Below, piece by piece: positions 46,099 to 56,500 of a stretch of DNA of 64,000 nucleotides. The notes below the pieces were generated by a model. It was given only the letters and a program-made list of their open reading frames with translations. It did no database searches and was not told where the DNA came from. The stretch's first letter is position 1. Each line of letters opens with the position of its first letter. Source of the stretch: Abditibacterium sp. (lineage in GTDB: Bacteria > Armatimonadota > Abditibacteriia > Abditibacteriales > Abditibacteriaceae). The DNA lies in assembly GCA_965246885.1 (NCBI GenBank), contig OZ251992.1, positions 1,760,001 to 1,824,000 on the forward strand. Direction: 5' to 3'. The position numbers were made by a program, and so were the translations under genes.

Positions 46099-46782
46099 TT
46101 ACGCCTTAAAAATTTTCAGCAACCCACCGGGTGCGCCGGGGACGGCGCCTTTGACGACGAGCAGGTTGCGCTCGGCGTCCACTTCCACGACCGACAGGCC
46201 GAGTTGCGTGACCGTCGCGTCGCCCATGTGACCGGGGCGGCGGGCGCCGGGAAAGGTGCGGGCCGGGTCGGTCGCGCCGTTCGAGGCGGGTTTGCGGTGG
46301 ATTTTGGCGCCGTGCGAGCCGCCTTGTCCGCGAAAGTTGTGGCGCTTCATGGCGCCCGCAAAGCCGCGTCCCTTGCTTTTGCCCTGCACTTTGATGTCGT
46401 CGCCAGCCGTGAAAATGTCGGCAACCGTCAAGGACGCGCCGGGAGCGGGTTCTTCGCCGTCGCCTTCCAAGCGGAACTCGCCCAGAAAGCGCGTCGGCGT
46501 CGCGCCGCCATTGCGGGCAAAGTGGCCCGCGACGGGTTTCGACGCTTCGCCTTTACCTCTGTGCCCCGCATCGCCGCGCTTGATTTTGGTCTCTTTGCGC
46601 GCCGCCTTCTTTTCGACGTAGCCCAGTTGCACGGCGTCGTAGCCGTCCTTTTCCTCGGTCTTGCGCTGCACAACAGCGCACGGCCCGCACTCGATAATCG
46701 TCACGGGGACGACGTTGCCTTCAGGCGTAAACACTTGCGTCATGCCGACTTTGCGGCCCAATAATCCATTAACAGTTGCCAT
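46099..46782 (-). CDS. rplC: 50S ribosomal protein L3
   Basis: LGRKVGMTQ, DGYDAVQLG, SKGRGFAG.MKRHNF, VKGAVPG. Confidence 0.97.
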   Translation of the reverse strand: MATVNGLLGRKVGMTQVFTPEGNVVPVTIIECGPCAVVQRKTEEKDGYDAVQLGYVEKKAARKETKIKRGDAGHRGKGEASKPVAGHFARNGGATPTRFLGEFRLEGDGEEPAPGASLTVADIFTAGDDIKVQGKSKGRGFAGAMKRHNFRGQGGSHGAKIHRKPASNGATDPARTFPGARRPGHMGDATVTQLGLSVVEVDAERNLLVVKGAVPGAPGGLLKIFKA

Positions 46783-46835
46783 TTGATTCTCCAGAGGTCA
46801 GCCCGCGAGTGCGGGGTAGACGTTCGATGCCGTCG

Positions 46836-47138
46836 TTACAGCTTGATTTGAATATCCACGCCGCTCGGCAGGTTCAGGTTCGTGAGTTCCGTGATGGTGC
46901 GCGGGTCGGGGTCAATGATGTCAATCAAGCGTTTGTGCGTCCTCATCTCGAAGTGTTCCATTGATTCCTTGTCAACGAACGGCGAGCGGATAACGCAGTA
47001 GATGCTTTTGTCGGTCGGAAGCGGAACTGGCCCGCTTAAGCGCGAGCCAGTGCGCCGCGCCGTAGTTACGATTTGCTGCGCCGTCTGGTCGAGCAATTTA
47101 TGATCGAAGGCGCGCAGCTTGATGCGAATTTTTTCCAT
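46836..47138 (-). CDS. rpsJ: 30S ribosomal protein S10
   Basis: [33 protein letters not shown]. Confidence 0.98.
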   Translation of the reverse strand: MEKIRIKLRAFDHKLLDQTAQQIVTTARRTGSRLSGPVPLPTDKSIYCVIRSPFVDKESMEHFEMRTHKRLIDIIDPDPRTITELTNLNLPSGVDIQIKL

Positions 47139-47176
47139 GTGTGATGTTCAACCTTGCGCCGACGTGCGCGCAAATT

Positions 47177-47446
47177 TCAACTCGTCTCCTCTGTCATTTC
47201 GAAAGGAGCTATGCGACTTGAGGAATCCACCTGCGCCCCGTCATTAGTTCCATTGGCGCTCGACTGTCCGCCCTTGTTGTAACGGGCCATCAGTCGCCGC
47301 TTGCGCTTTTCATCCAATTCCGCCCGCAGTTCATCGGCACGAGGGCTGTCCTCTCCACCGAGAATGACCTCACCGGTCTCCTCATCTTCATAAAGGATGG
47401 GCCGCGATAAATCTGGGATGACTCGCATAACTTCGCTCGCTGACAA
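47177..47446 (-). CDS. small hypothetical ORF between tuf and rpsJ, bracketed by inverted repeats
   Basis: 89 codons; flanked by GTCATT(T/C)CGA...GAGGAATC arms at 47193-47227 and 47447-47482. Confidence 0.45.
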   Translation of the reverse strand: MSASEVMRVIPDLSRPILYEDEETGEVILGGEDSPRADELRAELDEKRKRRLMARYNKGGQSSANGTNDGAQVDSSSRIAPFEMTEETS

Positions 47447-47502
47447 GATTCCTCTGCTCGCTTAAGCTCGCCTCGGAATGACAGGGATGGTGGTAAAGAC
47501 GC

Positions 47503-47549
47503 GAAAAGGCCGGTGCGCCCCGCATTGAATCGCGGCCACCGGCCTTTTG
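47503..47549 (-). terminator. hairpin/terminator after tuf
   Basis: aaaaggccggtg ... caccggcctttt. Confidence 0.6.
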
Positions 47550-47557
47550 CTCTGCCT

Positions 47558-48748
<1,191 letters not shown>

Positions 48749-48848
48749 CTCAGTTTTGATTTCCTTGGGCAGCCCAAAAGCCGCCGAATTTGTGTCTCGC
48801 CGTGTTTCCCGCGCGCCGTGCGAAGAGGAAATGGCCCCGTCTGGGAAC

Positions 48849-48896
48849 AATAAAAAACCCTTCGCCTCCCCTGAAACAGACGAGCGTGCGAAGGGT
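48849..48896 (-). terminator. terminator-like hairpin within the tuf 5' leader
   Basis: ACCCTTCGC...GCGAAGGGT followed by TTTTTATT on the minus strand. Confidence 0.55.
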
Positions 48897-48974
48897 AAAA
48901 TACCTTTCTAACACGCCGACAGTATCCGCGAAGGACTTACCGACGAGAGGGCATCTGCGAGACGCCAACGGAAA

Positions 48975-49003
48975 ATTATACGGGTTTCCGCCGCGCGCAA
49001 CAA
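48975..49003 (-). promoter_or_regulatory. putative sigma70 promoter of the tuf-S10 unit
   Basis: TTGTTG-N17-TATAAT on the minus strand. Confidence 0.65.
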
Positions 49004-49013
49004 GGGCAAGGTT

Positions 49014-49784
49014 TCATTTGGCCCCATCAGCTTCAAAAGTGACGCGCGGAAAGGTAGGCTTCAGCAAGCGAATGTGGTTTGTCGAGTTCGGCTGAATTTG
49101 CTCCATCAAGGCGAAAAGCCAACGCCGCCGCGTTTCGTCGTCTTGGTTTGGTCGCATAAGAACGGGCCATCGGCGTGGCCATTCGGGTGTGGGCTTTAGC
49201 GAACTCCAAGGACGATCCAAAAGCACCACAAAAAACTGCGCTTCTTCCCCCTCTTTACGCGGCCACGAAAGTTCAGCATAAGCGCACTGCCCCTGTCTTT
49301 CCCAAACGAGAAGCATTTCACGCTTATCGTCTGCGCCTGCCGAAATTCCATAACCCGTAGGGGCACCCATATCGAACAGCACCTGCTTGAGGGGCTTTGA
49401 CAGGACATTTGCTTCCTCGGAAATATGCCTCAGTTGGTAGAGGCTAAAATCTGCCCCAGCTTGGATTCGGATGAGCTTTCTTTGCGAGAAGAAAAATAGG
49501 CCATACGAAAAAGGCGCGCCATCCAAATCTAAAGCGAGCAAAGCCTCGCTTCGTTTGGCAGCACGGTCTAATTTTTGTTTGGCGGTCAAAAGGCTCCTGT
49601 TGTTGCCATTGTTGTAACCGCCATCAAAAACCCCTGCTTTAGGATGCGCCTTCAAAAACTCCTCCCATCCCTGCCCCAACTTCACCCCGTTAAACGAAAG
49701 CGACGGCGCCGCTTCACTATGCGCGACGCGCGCGAAGCCACAACCAAGAATGAGAGAAAGAAGGAAAGCGGCGCGGTGCAACAT
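49014..49784 (-). CDS. hypothetical exported protein (lower GC)
   Basis: signal-peptide-like N-terminus; 256 aa. Confidence 0.65.
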   Translation of the reverse strand: MLHRAAFLLSLILGCGFARVAHSEAAPSLSFNGVKLGQGWEEFLKAHPKAGVFDGGYNNGNNRSLLTAKQKLDRAAKRSEALLALDLDGAPFSYGLFFFSQRKLIRIQAGADFSLYQLRHISEEANVLSKPLKQVLFDMGAPTGYGISAGADDKREMLLVWERQGQCAYAELSWPRKEGEEAQFFVVLLDRPWSSLKPTPEWPRRWPVLMRPNQDDETRRRWLFALMEQIQPNSTNHIRLLKPTFPRVTFEADGAK

Positions 49785-49811
49785 AGGTGGTCTTATTTTA
49801 GGCGGTGCCGC

Positions 49812-51041
49812 TCACATCTCGCCTACCGCATAAACCTCTATGGCCGAGTCACCTTGCGGACGGCGCGCAATGGTATCGGGGCCGGGGCCGGAATTGGGGA
49901 TAAGCGGGTACGCCACGCGCTCTTGGCGCACCAAAGCGAATCGGCTCCCATCGGGCGAGAAGCAACCGACGCCATCCGCTTCGGCTTGGAGGGTCGTTGG
50001 CCAAGGGAAGGGGTCGTCCGAATAGTAGATGCGCGCGGCGATGGTGCCACTGCCGCGCGTATAAAAGACGGCTTCCTTGCCCAGCGTCACGACCGTGTGG
50101 CCATCGGGCGAAAAAAGCGTTGTCCAGCCGCTATCTACCTGCGACGTGTACGGCCAGCGATAGATGTAGTAGGGCCACTCGTAGCGGTAGGTGTCCCAGT
50201 AATAATAAGGCACATGATAGGGCGCGATTGCGGCTTTGGTTTCGCCCGTCTCGAAAGTAACGAGGTGCATCTCGCCCTTGACGACCGATAGCGCCGTCCC
50301 ATCGGGCGACTGCGCGACCGAAAAGCCGCTAATGGCGCCCAAGTCCACCGGAGTCGTGCGGCTGCCATCCGCCAGCTTGTAGTCGCTCCAGAAACACTGC
50401 GAGCCGGAGGGGTTGCCAACGACGCAGCGCACCGATGCCCCGCGACTCCGGAGCGAGGTGATGGGAAGCAAGCCGTTGGGTTTCTCCCACACGACCTTGC
50501 CATCGAGAGCGCCGCGCTCCTGCACGAAGTGGGTGGAGCCGCGCTTAGCCGCGCACACCACGCCCTCACCTCCAACGACCGCGATGTTGTAAACATCCGG
50601 CGCCGTCCACAGACGCACTGGCGACCCCTCAAAAGCAACGCCGCCCGGCCAACCCCACACCATCAGCCCCCGCGCCCCGCAGAAGAACAGTTGCTTGCCG
50701 TCGTCGGAAAAAGCGAGAACGTGGCGCAGTGGCGGGCGGTCTTCAAAGAGCTTGCCCGCTTCTTTGGCGCCGTCCCAAACGACGGTGCGCCCGCCCGTTG
50801 CATTGAAAAGCGCCACAGAAGTTGGAGTCGCCGCCGCCAAAAAGTCGCCGTTCGGCGAAAAGCACAGCGCCGACACCCGCCCGCTCATCGCCACCGCCAC
50901 AACGCGCGACAAGTCGCCCTCCACGTGGGTTTCAAAACGCTGAGCGCGCGTAACAGTCGCGCCCGGCGACTCCCGAAACTGCGCCGATGCAGGTATGCAC
51001 AAGCTCAGGGGTAAAAGAAGAAGCAGAAAAAAGCGTTTCAC
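49812..51041 (-). CDS. exported WD40/beta-propeller-like protein
   Basis: signal peptide MKRFFLLLLL...AQ; repeated FSPNG/FSDDG/QSPDG/FSPDG blade ends. Confidence 0.7.
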   Translation of the reverse strand: MKRFFLLLLLPLSLCIPASAQFRESPGATVTRAQRFETHVEGDLSRVVAVAMSGRVSALCFSPNGDFLAAATPTSVALFNATGGRTVVWDGAKEAGKLFEDRPPLRHVLAFSDDGKQLFFCGARGLMVWGWPGGVAFEGSPVRLWTAPDVYNIAVVGGEGVVCAAKRGSTHFVQERGALDGKVVWEKPNGLLPITSLRSRGASVRCVVGNPSGSQCFWSDYKLADGSRTTPVDLGAISGFSVAQSPDGTALSVVKGEMHLVTFETGETKAAIAPYHVPYYYWDTYRYEWPYYIYRWPYTSQVDSGWTTLFSPDGHTVVTLGKEAVFYTRGSGTIAARIYYSDDPFPWPTTLQAEADGVGCFSPDGSRFALVRQERVAYPLIPNSGPGPDTIARRPQGDSAIEVYAVGEM

Positions 51042-51163
51042 AATACGGGGCGCAAGTATCCCGCACCTTCGACGAATCTGCACCGCCTACTTAAGCGCCC
51101 TTCCTTGTTAACTGTATGAGTTTAAACAACTCATACTGTGTATCACGCGGGTCTGGTATGGCT

Positions 51164-51508
51164 TTATCTCCTCAACTCGCGCCGCCATTTAACTAACTCC
51201 TGCGCGCCCTGCGGCGTTCGGGGCTTCCAACCGCCCGCGTCACAGCCGCAGCCTTGATAACGGATTCCGGCGTTCACTAAAATTTGCGCCGCCGCCCATG
51301 CCTTTAAGTCGCCTTGTTTAGGCACTTGGAAGTCCATGCCAATGTCGAACATCCGCGCCCCACATTGGGGACACGCAGCCATCCGTTTGCCGTGTTCCTC
51401 TTTTCGGGGTTTTTGTGCCATCTCGCTTTCGATGGGCAACCGGAAGCTCTTGCGACACGAGAAGCACGCGAAGCGCGGTTTGTATACATGGGAAGCGTAG
51501 CGGCACAT
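51164..51508 (-). CDS. hypothetical zinc-ribbon-like protein
   Basis: CFSCRKSF...CPQCG...G.DF.VPK...W. Confidence 0.65.
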   Translation of the reverse strand: MCRYASHVYKPRFACFSCRKSFRLPIESEMAQKPRKEEHGKRMAACPQCGARMFDIGMDFQVPKQGDLKAWAAAQILVNAGIRYQGCGCDAGGWKPRTPQGAQELVKWRRELRR

Positions 51509-51590
51509 GAGCAAGAGTAACGCGCGAAGCAGAGCGTAGGTTCGGCTTCCTCCAAAGCGTCGAAAATTTCTTCGGCTAAGGGTGCGATGT

Positions 51591-52238
51591 TCATGGGAAG
51601 TGCTTAAACTCAGTCGTCCCTCGCGTAGCGAGGGCAGGGGATGACCAGATGCGCCACAGTATCCAGCCGCCCCACGCGAGGGCGGCGAGGAGAAGAAGCG
51701 CGGCTTCCCCCCGGCACATCCAAGCGAGGGTAATGTCAAAACGCAACAGGCCCAGATGCTCCAACAGGTAATGCCAGTCGTGAATGGGTTCGCTGCCGTC
51801 GAGCGCGGCGCCGAGAGATGTTAGCTCCAAGTGTTGCGCGCGGGCGTCGGCGATGTAGTTCGCCAGATTGAACGCGCTCGATGCCAGCCAATAGCCGCCC
51901 ACGCACAGCGCGAAGTAGTCGCGTTGCCGCACCCACATCCACAGCGCGATGAGCGGCGCGGCGAGTTGCGCGATGCTGCCGCCCGCTATCCCCAAAAACT
52001 CGCCCAACGGCCCAAACACCACATGCCCCAACTCATGCACGCCGAACGTGAGCAGAGCGAAGATGTCGGTTGCTTCGGTTGACAGCAAGTGGTGCACGCC
52101 CGACCACACCAAAAACGCCCACAACGGCGCGCGCCACACGAGCGAGGCTTTGGGTTGCGCCGCGCACCACGCGAGGGCATCCCGCTTTAGCTCGCGGGGC
52201 CATGCGCGGAGGCTGAGAGGTGGAAGGCTTTCGTTCAT
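51591..52238 (-). CDS. hypothetical membrane protein with HExxH motif
   Basis: VHELGH, AGGS..Q, YIADAR, HDW; multiple TM segments. Confidence 0.7.
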   Translation of the reverse strand: MNESLPPLSLRAWPRELKRDALAWCAAQPKASLVWRAPLWAFLVWSGVHHLLSTEATDIFALLTFGVHELGHVVFGPLGEFLGIAGGSIAQLAAPLIALWMWVRQRDYFALCVGGYWLASSAFNLANYIADARAQHLELTSLGAALDGSEPIHDWHYLLEHLGLLRFDITLAWMCRGEAALLLLAALAWGGWILWRIWSSPALATRGTTEFKHFP

Positions 52239-52299
52239 CGGGAAACTCCTGTTGTCCAATAACTTTGGCGCTTATCTTGCCAAAGTCTCGCGCTTTTGT

Positions 52300-53391
52300 A
52301 TGCAATCCAACCAGATGCGCCGGGGCCTCGTTCCCGGCCTCGCTGCCCTTGCCCTTGTCGGAAGTGTCGCCCATGCGCAGGTCATCATGCCCGCGCACCT
52401 CACCGGAAAGCCCGACCCGCAGATGAAAGCGGTCTTGACTTCGCTCAAAGAGTTAGGTGCCAAGCCGCTTCACACCCTCAACTACAAGCAGGCCCGCCTT
52501 CAAGCGGGGCCGCCCGACGCCGTGAAGCGCACCTTGCAAAAGCAGGGCAAGCCGACGACGCCCGAAGTCGTGGACAGCGTGCGCGACGTGCGCATCAGCA
52601 CGAGCCAAGGTCCGGTGACTGTCCGTTTGTATCGTCCGATGGGTTCGGGTAAAGCCAAACTGCCCGTTATCGTCTACTTTCACGGCGGCGGTTTCGTGAT
52701 TGCGTCGGTGGCCGCTTACGACTCCTCGTGCCGCGCCTTGGCCAATGCGACGGGCGCCCTCGTTGCTGCCGTTGCTTACGACCTCGCGCCGGAACGCCGC
52801 TTGCCCGTCGCGCACGAGGAGTGCTACTCCGTCACGCAAGCGATGATTAATGGCGGCGCCGAGCAATACGGCGGCGATTCCAAGAAGGTCGCCGTCGCGG
52901 GCGAGTCGGCGGGTGGACAACTGGCCATTGACATGTCGTTCATGGCGCAAATGCGCGGCGGCAAAAAGCCGGTTTATGAGTTGCTCGTGTATCCGTTCAT
53001 CAACGGCAAGACGATTTATCCCTCGCACCGCCAATTTAAGAAGCAAGCGCCGCTTTCGACGCCCGACATCCCTTGGTTTTTGGGCTATGCGCTTCCCAAC
53101 AAAGCCCTTGCCAAGTCGCCGCTCGCGCAACCGCTTTACGCTCCGACGGCGCTCCTCAAAGGCTTGCCGCCGACGACCATCGTGGCGGCGGAACTCGACC
53201 CGCTCATGAGCGAGGGTGTCTTATTTACCAAGAAACTCCAAGCGGCGGGTGTGCCGGTTCGTTACAAGCTGTATCCCGGCGTCACGCACGAGTTTTTCGG
53301 TATGGGCGCGGTGGTGGACAAAGCCAAAGACGCCGTTGCCTTTGGCGCGCAGGGGCTAAAAATGGGTTTTACGATGAAAATCAAGCCGTGA
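52300..53391 (+). CDS. secreted alpha/beta hydrolase (HSL-family esterase/lipase)
   Basis: HGGGF oxyanion motif, GESAGG, DPL, HEF; signal peptide. Confidence 0.9.
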   Translation: MQSNQMRRGLVPGLAALALVGSVAHAQVIMPAHLTGKPDPQMKAVLTSLKELGAKPLHTLNYKQARLQAGPPDAVKRTLQKQGKPTTPEVVDSVRDVRISTSQGPVTVRLYRPMGSGKAKLPVIVYFHGGGFVIASVAAYDSSCRALANATGALVAAVAYDLAPERRLPVAHEECYSVTQAMINGGAEQYGGDSKKVAVAGESAGGQLAIDMSFMAQMRGGKKPVYELLVYPFINGKTIYPSHRQFKKQAPLSTPDIPWFLGYALPNKALAKSPLAQPLYAPTALLKGLPPTTIVAAELDPLMSEGVLFTKKLQAAGVPVRYKLYPGVTHEFFGMGAVVDKAKDAVAFGAQGLKMGFTMKIKP

Positions 53392-53579
53392 CAGACGCTG
53401 GTGACTGAATGACACACGCCTGCCAGCGGGTGAGAGAGGCCGGTGACTGAGTGGCAGAGGCGTGGCGACCGTTGACAGACATGCGCCGGCCAGTGGCAGA
53501 CCCCTGTCACCCGTTCCCCCATACCTGTCAACGGTCGCCACGCCTCTGCCACTCAGTCACCGGCCTCTCTCACTCGCTG
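53389..53579. repeat. 21-nt-periodic array containing a 55-bp inverted repeat between convergent genes
   Basis: units TGRCAGA-like at 53389, 53410, 53431, 53452, 53473 and 53494; arms 53424-53478 and 53525-53579 differ at one position. Confidence 0.85.
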
Positions 53580-56500
53580 CTACCAGCATGGATTTTGGTG
53601 GAGCAGGGCGGTGAACTCATCGGGCGGCAAGGGGCGCGCAAAATAGAAGCCTTGAGCGGCATCACAGCCAAGCGCGCGCAGGGCATCGAGTTGTTCCTTG
53701 GATTCCACGCCCTCGGCAACGACGTGCATTTGCAACCCGCGCGCAAGGCTGAGGATGGTGCCGACGATTTGGCTGTTGCGCGCGTCGCCGCCCATTTGCG
53801 CCACGAACGAGCGGTCTATCTTCAACACATCGAGCGGGAAGCGGTGCAAGTAACTCAGGCTGGAATAGCCGGTGCCGAAGTCGTCCATTGCCAACTCGAT
53901 GCCCATTTTGCGTAGACCGCGCAGCATCTGGCTCGCCGATTCCGCGTTGCCCATGATGACCGATTCGGTGATTTCCAACTTCAATCGCGTCGCCGCGAAA
54001 CCGGTGCGCACGAGGATGTCGGCGACCCGTTCCAGCAAATCGCCTTGGGAGAACTGTTGGCTGGACAGGTTGACCGCGATGGTTAAATCCTCGCCCCATG
54101 CGGCGCCTTGGCGACACGCTTCTTCCAAGACCCACCAGCCGATGGGAACGATGAGTCCGGTTTCCTCGGCGAGGGGGATGAACTCGGCGGGCGACACCAA
54201 GCCGCGCGTTGGGTGTTGCCAGCGCACGAGAGCTTCAGCGGCGCTTACCCGCCCGGTGTCGAGGCTGACGATGGGTTGGAAGAAAACGCGCAGTTCGCAG
54301 CGTTCAAGCGCCCGCCAGAGGTCGGATTCGAGTTCCAAGAGGCGCACGGCGCTTTGGTGCATGGAAGCGTCGAAGATCGCGTGGCGCGCGCGCCCCAAGC
54401 CTTTGGCGCGGTACATCGCAGTATCGGCGTTGCGCAAGAGTTCGGGGGCCGAAGTCGGGCCGCCTTGGGAGGGTGCCACACCCATAGAGACGGTCACAAA
54501 CACCTCGCGCCCTTCCAAGAGAAAAGGCCGCTCCAATTCGCGCCCAATGCGGCTGGCGACGGCTTCGATGACTGCTTCGTCCGCCAACTCTTCCAATAGG
54601 ACGGCAAACTCGTCACCGCCCAAGCGCGCAACGGTATCTCCCGGTCGCAAACAGGACGCGAACCGCTCGCCCGCCTCGACCAGCAAGCGGTCGCCTGCGA
54701 GATGGCCGAGGGAATCGTTGATGTTTTTGAAGCGGTCGAGGTCAAGGAACAAGACGGCGAAGGAGTGCTCTTGGCGGGCGATGGCGCGCTCCAAACGGTC
54801 AAGGAACAGCGCGCGGTTGGGTAGTCCGGTCAAGGCGTCGTAGAACGCCGACTGCGCCAGTTGCGCTTCAAAATTCTTGCGCGCGCAGATGTCGGTTTGG
54901 CTGCCGGAGATGCGCGTCGCTTCGCCGCTTTGGTCGCGCACGGCCAAGCCGCGCCCTAACATCCACATCCATTGGCCGTCGCGGTGCTTGAGGCGGTATT
55001 CGCACTCGAAGTGCGCGCTATGACCGCGCAGGTGCGCGTCCAGCTTGGCGTGCAGTTCGGCGTGATCGTCGGGATGGACGCGCTGGAGCCACTCGTTGGG
55101 GTGGTCGGTGGCGGGTGCGCGGCAACCGATCATGTCGAGCCAGCGCGGGGATAAATAAATGGTGCCGGTGCGCAGGTTCCAGTCCCAGAGGCCATCGTTG
55201 GCGCCGCGCGCGGCCAAGGCGTAGCGCTCCTCGGAGTCGCGCAGGGCGCGCTCCGCCCAGATTTGCTCGGTGACATCTTGCGTTGAACCCAAGTAACGAA
55301 TGGGCGCACCGTCGGCATCGAGTTCGACTTGGGCGTAGGCTTGCAGGTATCGCTCTTGCCCGTCGACGCGTCGGATGCGAAATAGCATCGAGTCGCTGCC
55401 CGTGTGGAGCGCTCGTTCTGTGGAAGAAACGACCAAGTCGCGGTCGTCGGGATGGATATGGTCGCGGATGGTTTCGATTTGCGGCGTGAAGGAGTGCGGC
55501 TCGTAGCCGAACAGGGTGAAGGTGGTGGTTGACCACTCGACGCTTCCGGTTTTGATGTTCCAATCGAACGAACCCACGCGCGCCAACTTTTGCGCTTCGT
55601 CGAAAGCGCGCCGTGAGCGGGCGACTTCGGCTTGGGAAGAGCGCATGGCGGTTTCGTCCACAACCAAGCCATCCCATACCGTCGCGCCGTCGTCGCGGCG
55701 CCAGGGAATGGACGCGCCGCGCACCCATTTCCAGTTTCCGTCCGTGTCGAGCAAACGCCCGCTCCAATCCCACGCTGACAGGTGATGGGCCGACTCTTCG
55801 ATGGACGTGTGAAGGCCGAGCAAGTCGTCGGGGTGGATGCGCTCCAAATGAGGCGCCAAATTGCCCGCTCTCCAGTCGAACTCTTCGCCCCAAATTTCGC
55901 GGGCGCGGGCCGAAATGAAGTCGAAGCGCATCGCGCCATTGGCTTCGCGCACAAAGCGATAGACCACCCCCGGCACATTCGCCACGATGCTCGCGTAGCG
56001 CCGCTCCGACTCACGCCACTGCTCGCGCACTTGCTCGGTTTCGCTTTGGTCGATGCCCACGCCCAACGCGCCGCCTTCGGGAAGAGGCGCGTAGCGCACC
56101 GCCATAAAGCGCCCACCGAACCACCCCGAACCCTCGCACTCCTCCCCACCCAAAGCACGTCGCGCCAACTGTTCGATGGCTTCCACGCCCCGCGTCGTGT
56201 CGAAGATGGATTGGCCTTCGATGTCAAAAGGCTTGATGCCCATCGATCGTAGCGCCGCCCCGCGCGCGAGGGTGATGACGCCGTGCGGGTCGAGTTGCCA
56301 TAGCACGAGCGGGGAATTGTCCACCGCCGCGTGCATCCGTCGCTCCGATTCCAGCGCGCGCCGCGCGATGAGAACCCGCTCGGACACATCCAGCACCGTG
56401 CCCACCAGCCGAACCGGAACCCCCGACGCGTCGCGCTCCAACTCGGCCCGCGACTCGACCCACTTTTGGCTTCCATCGGGCATAAACAGGCGATGCTCCA

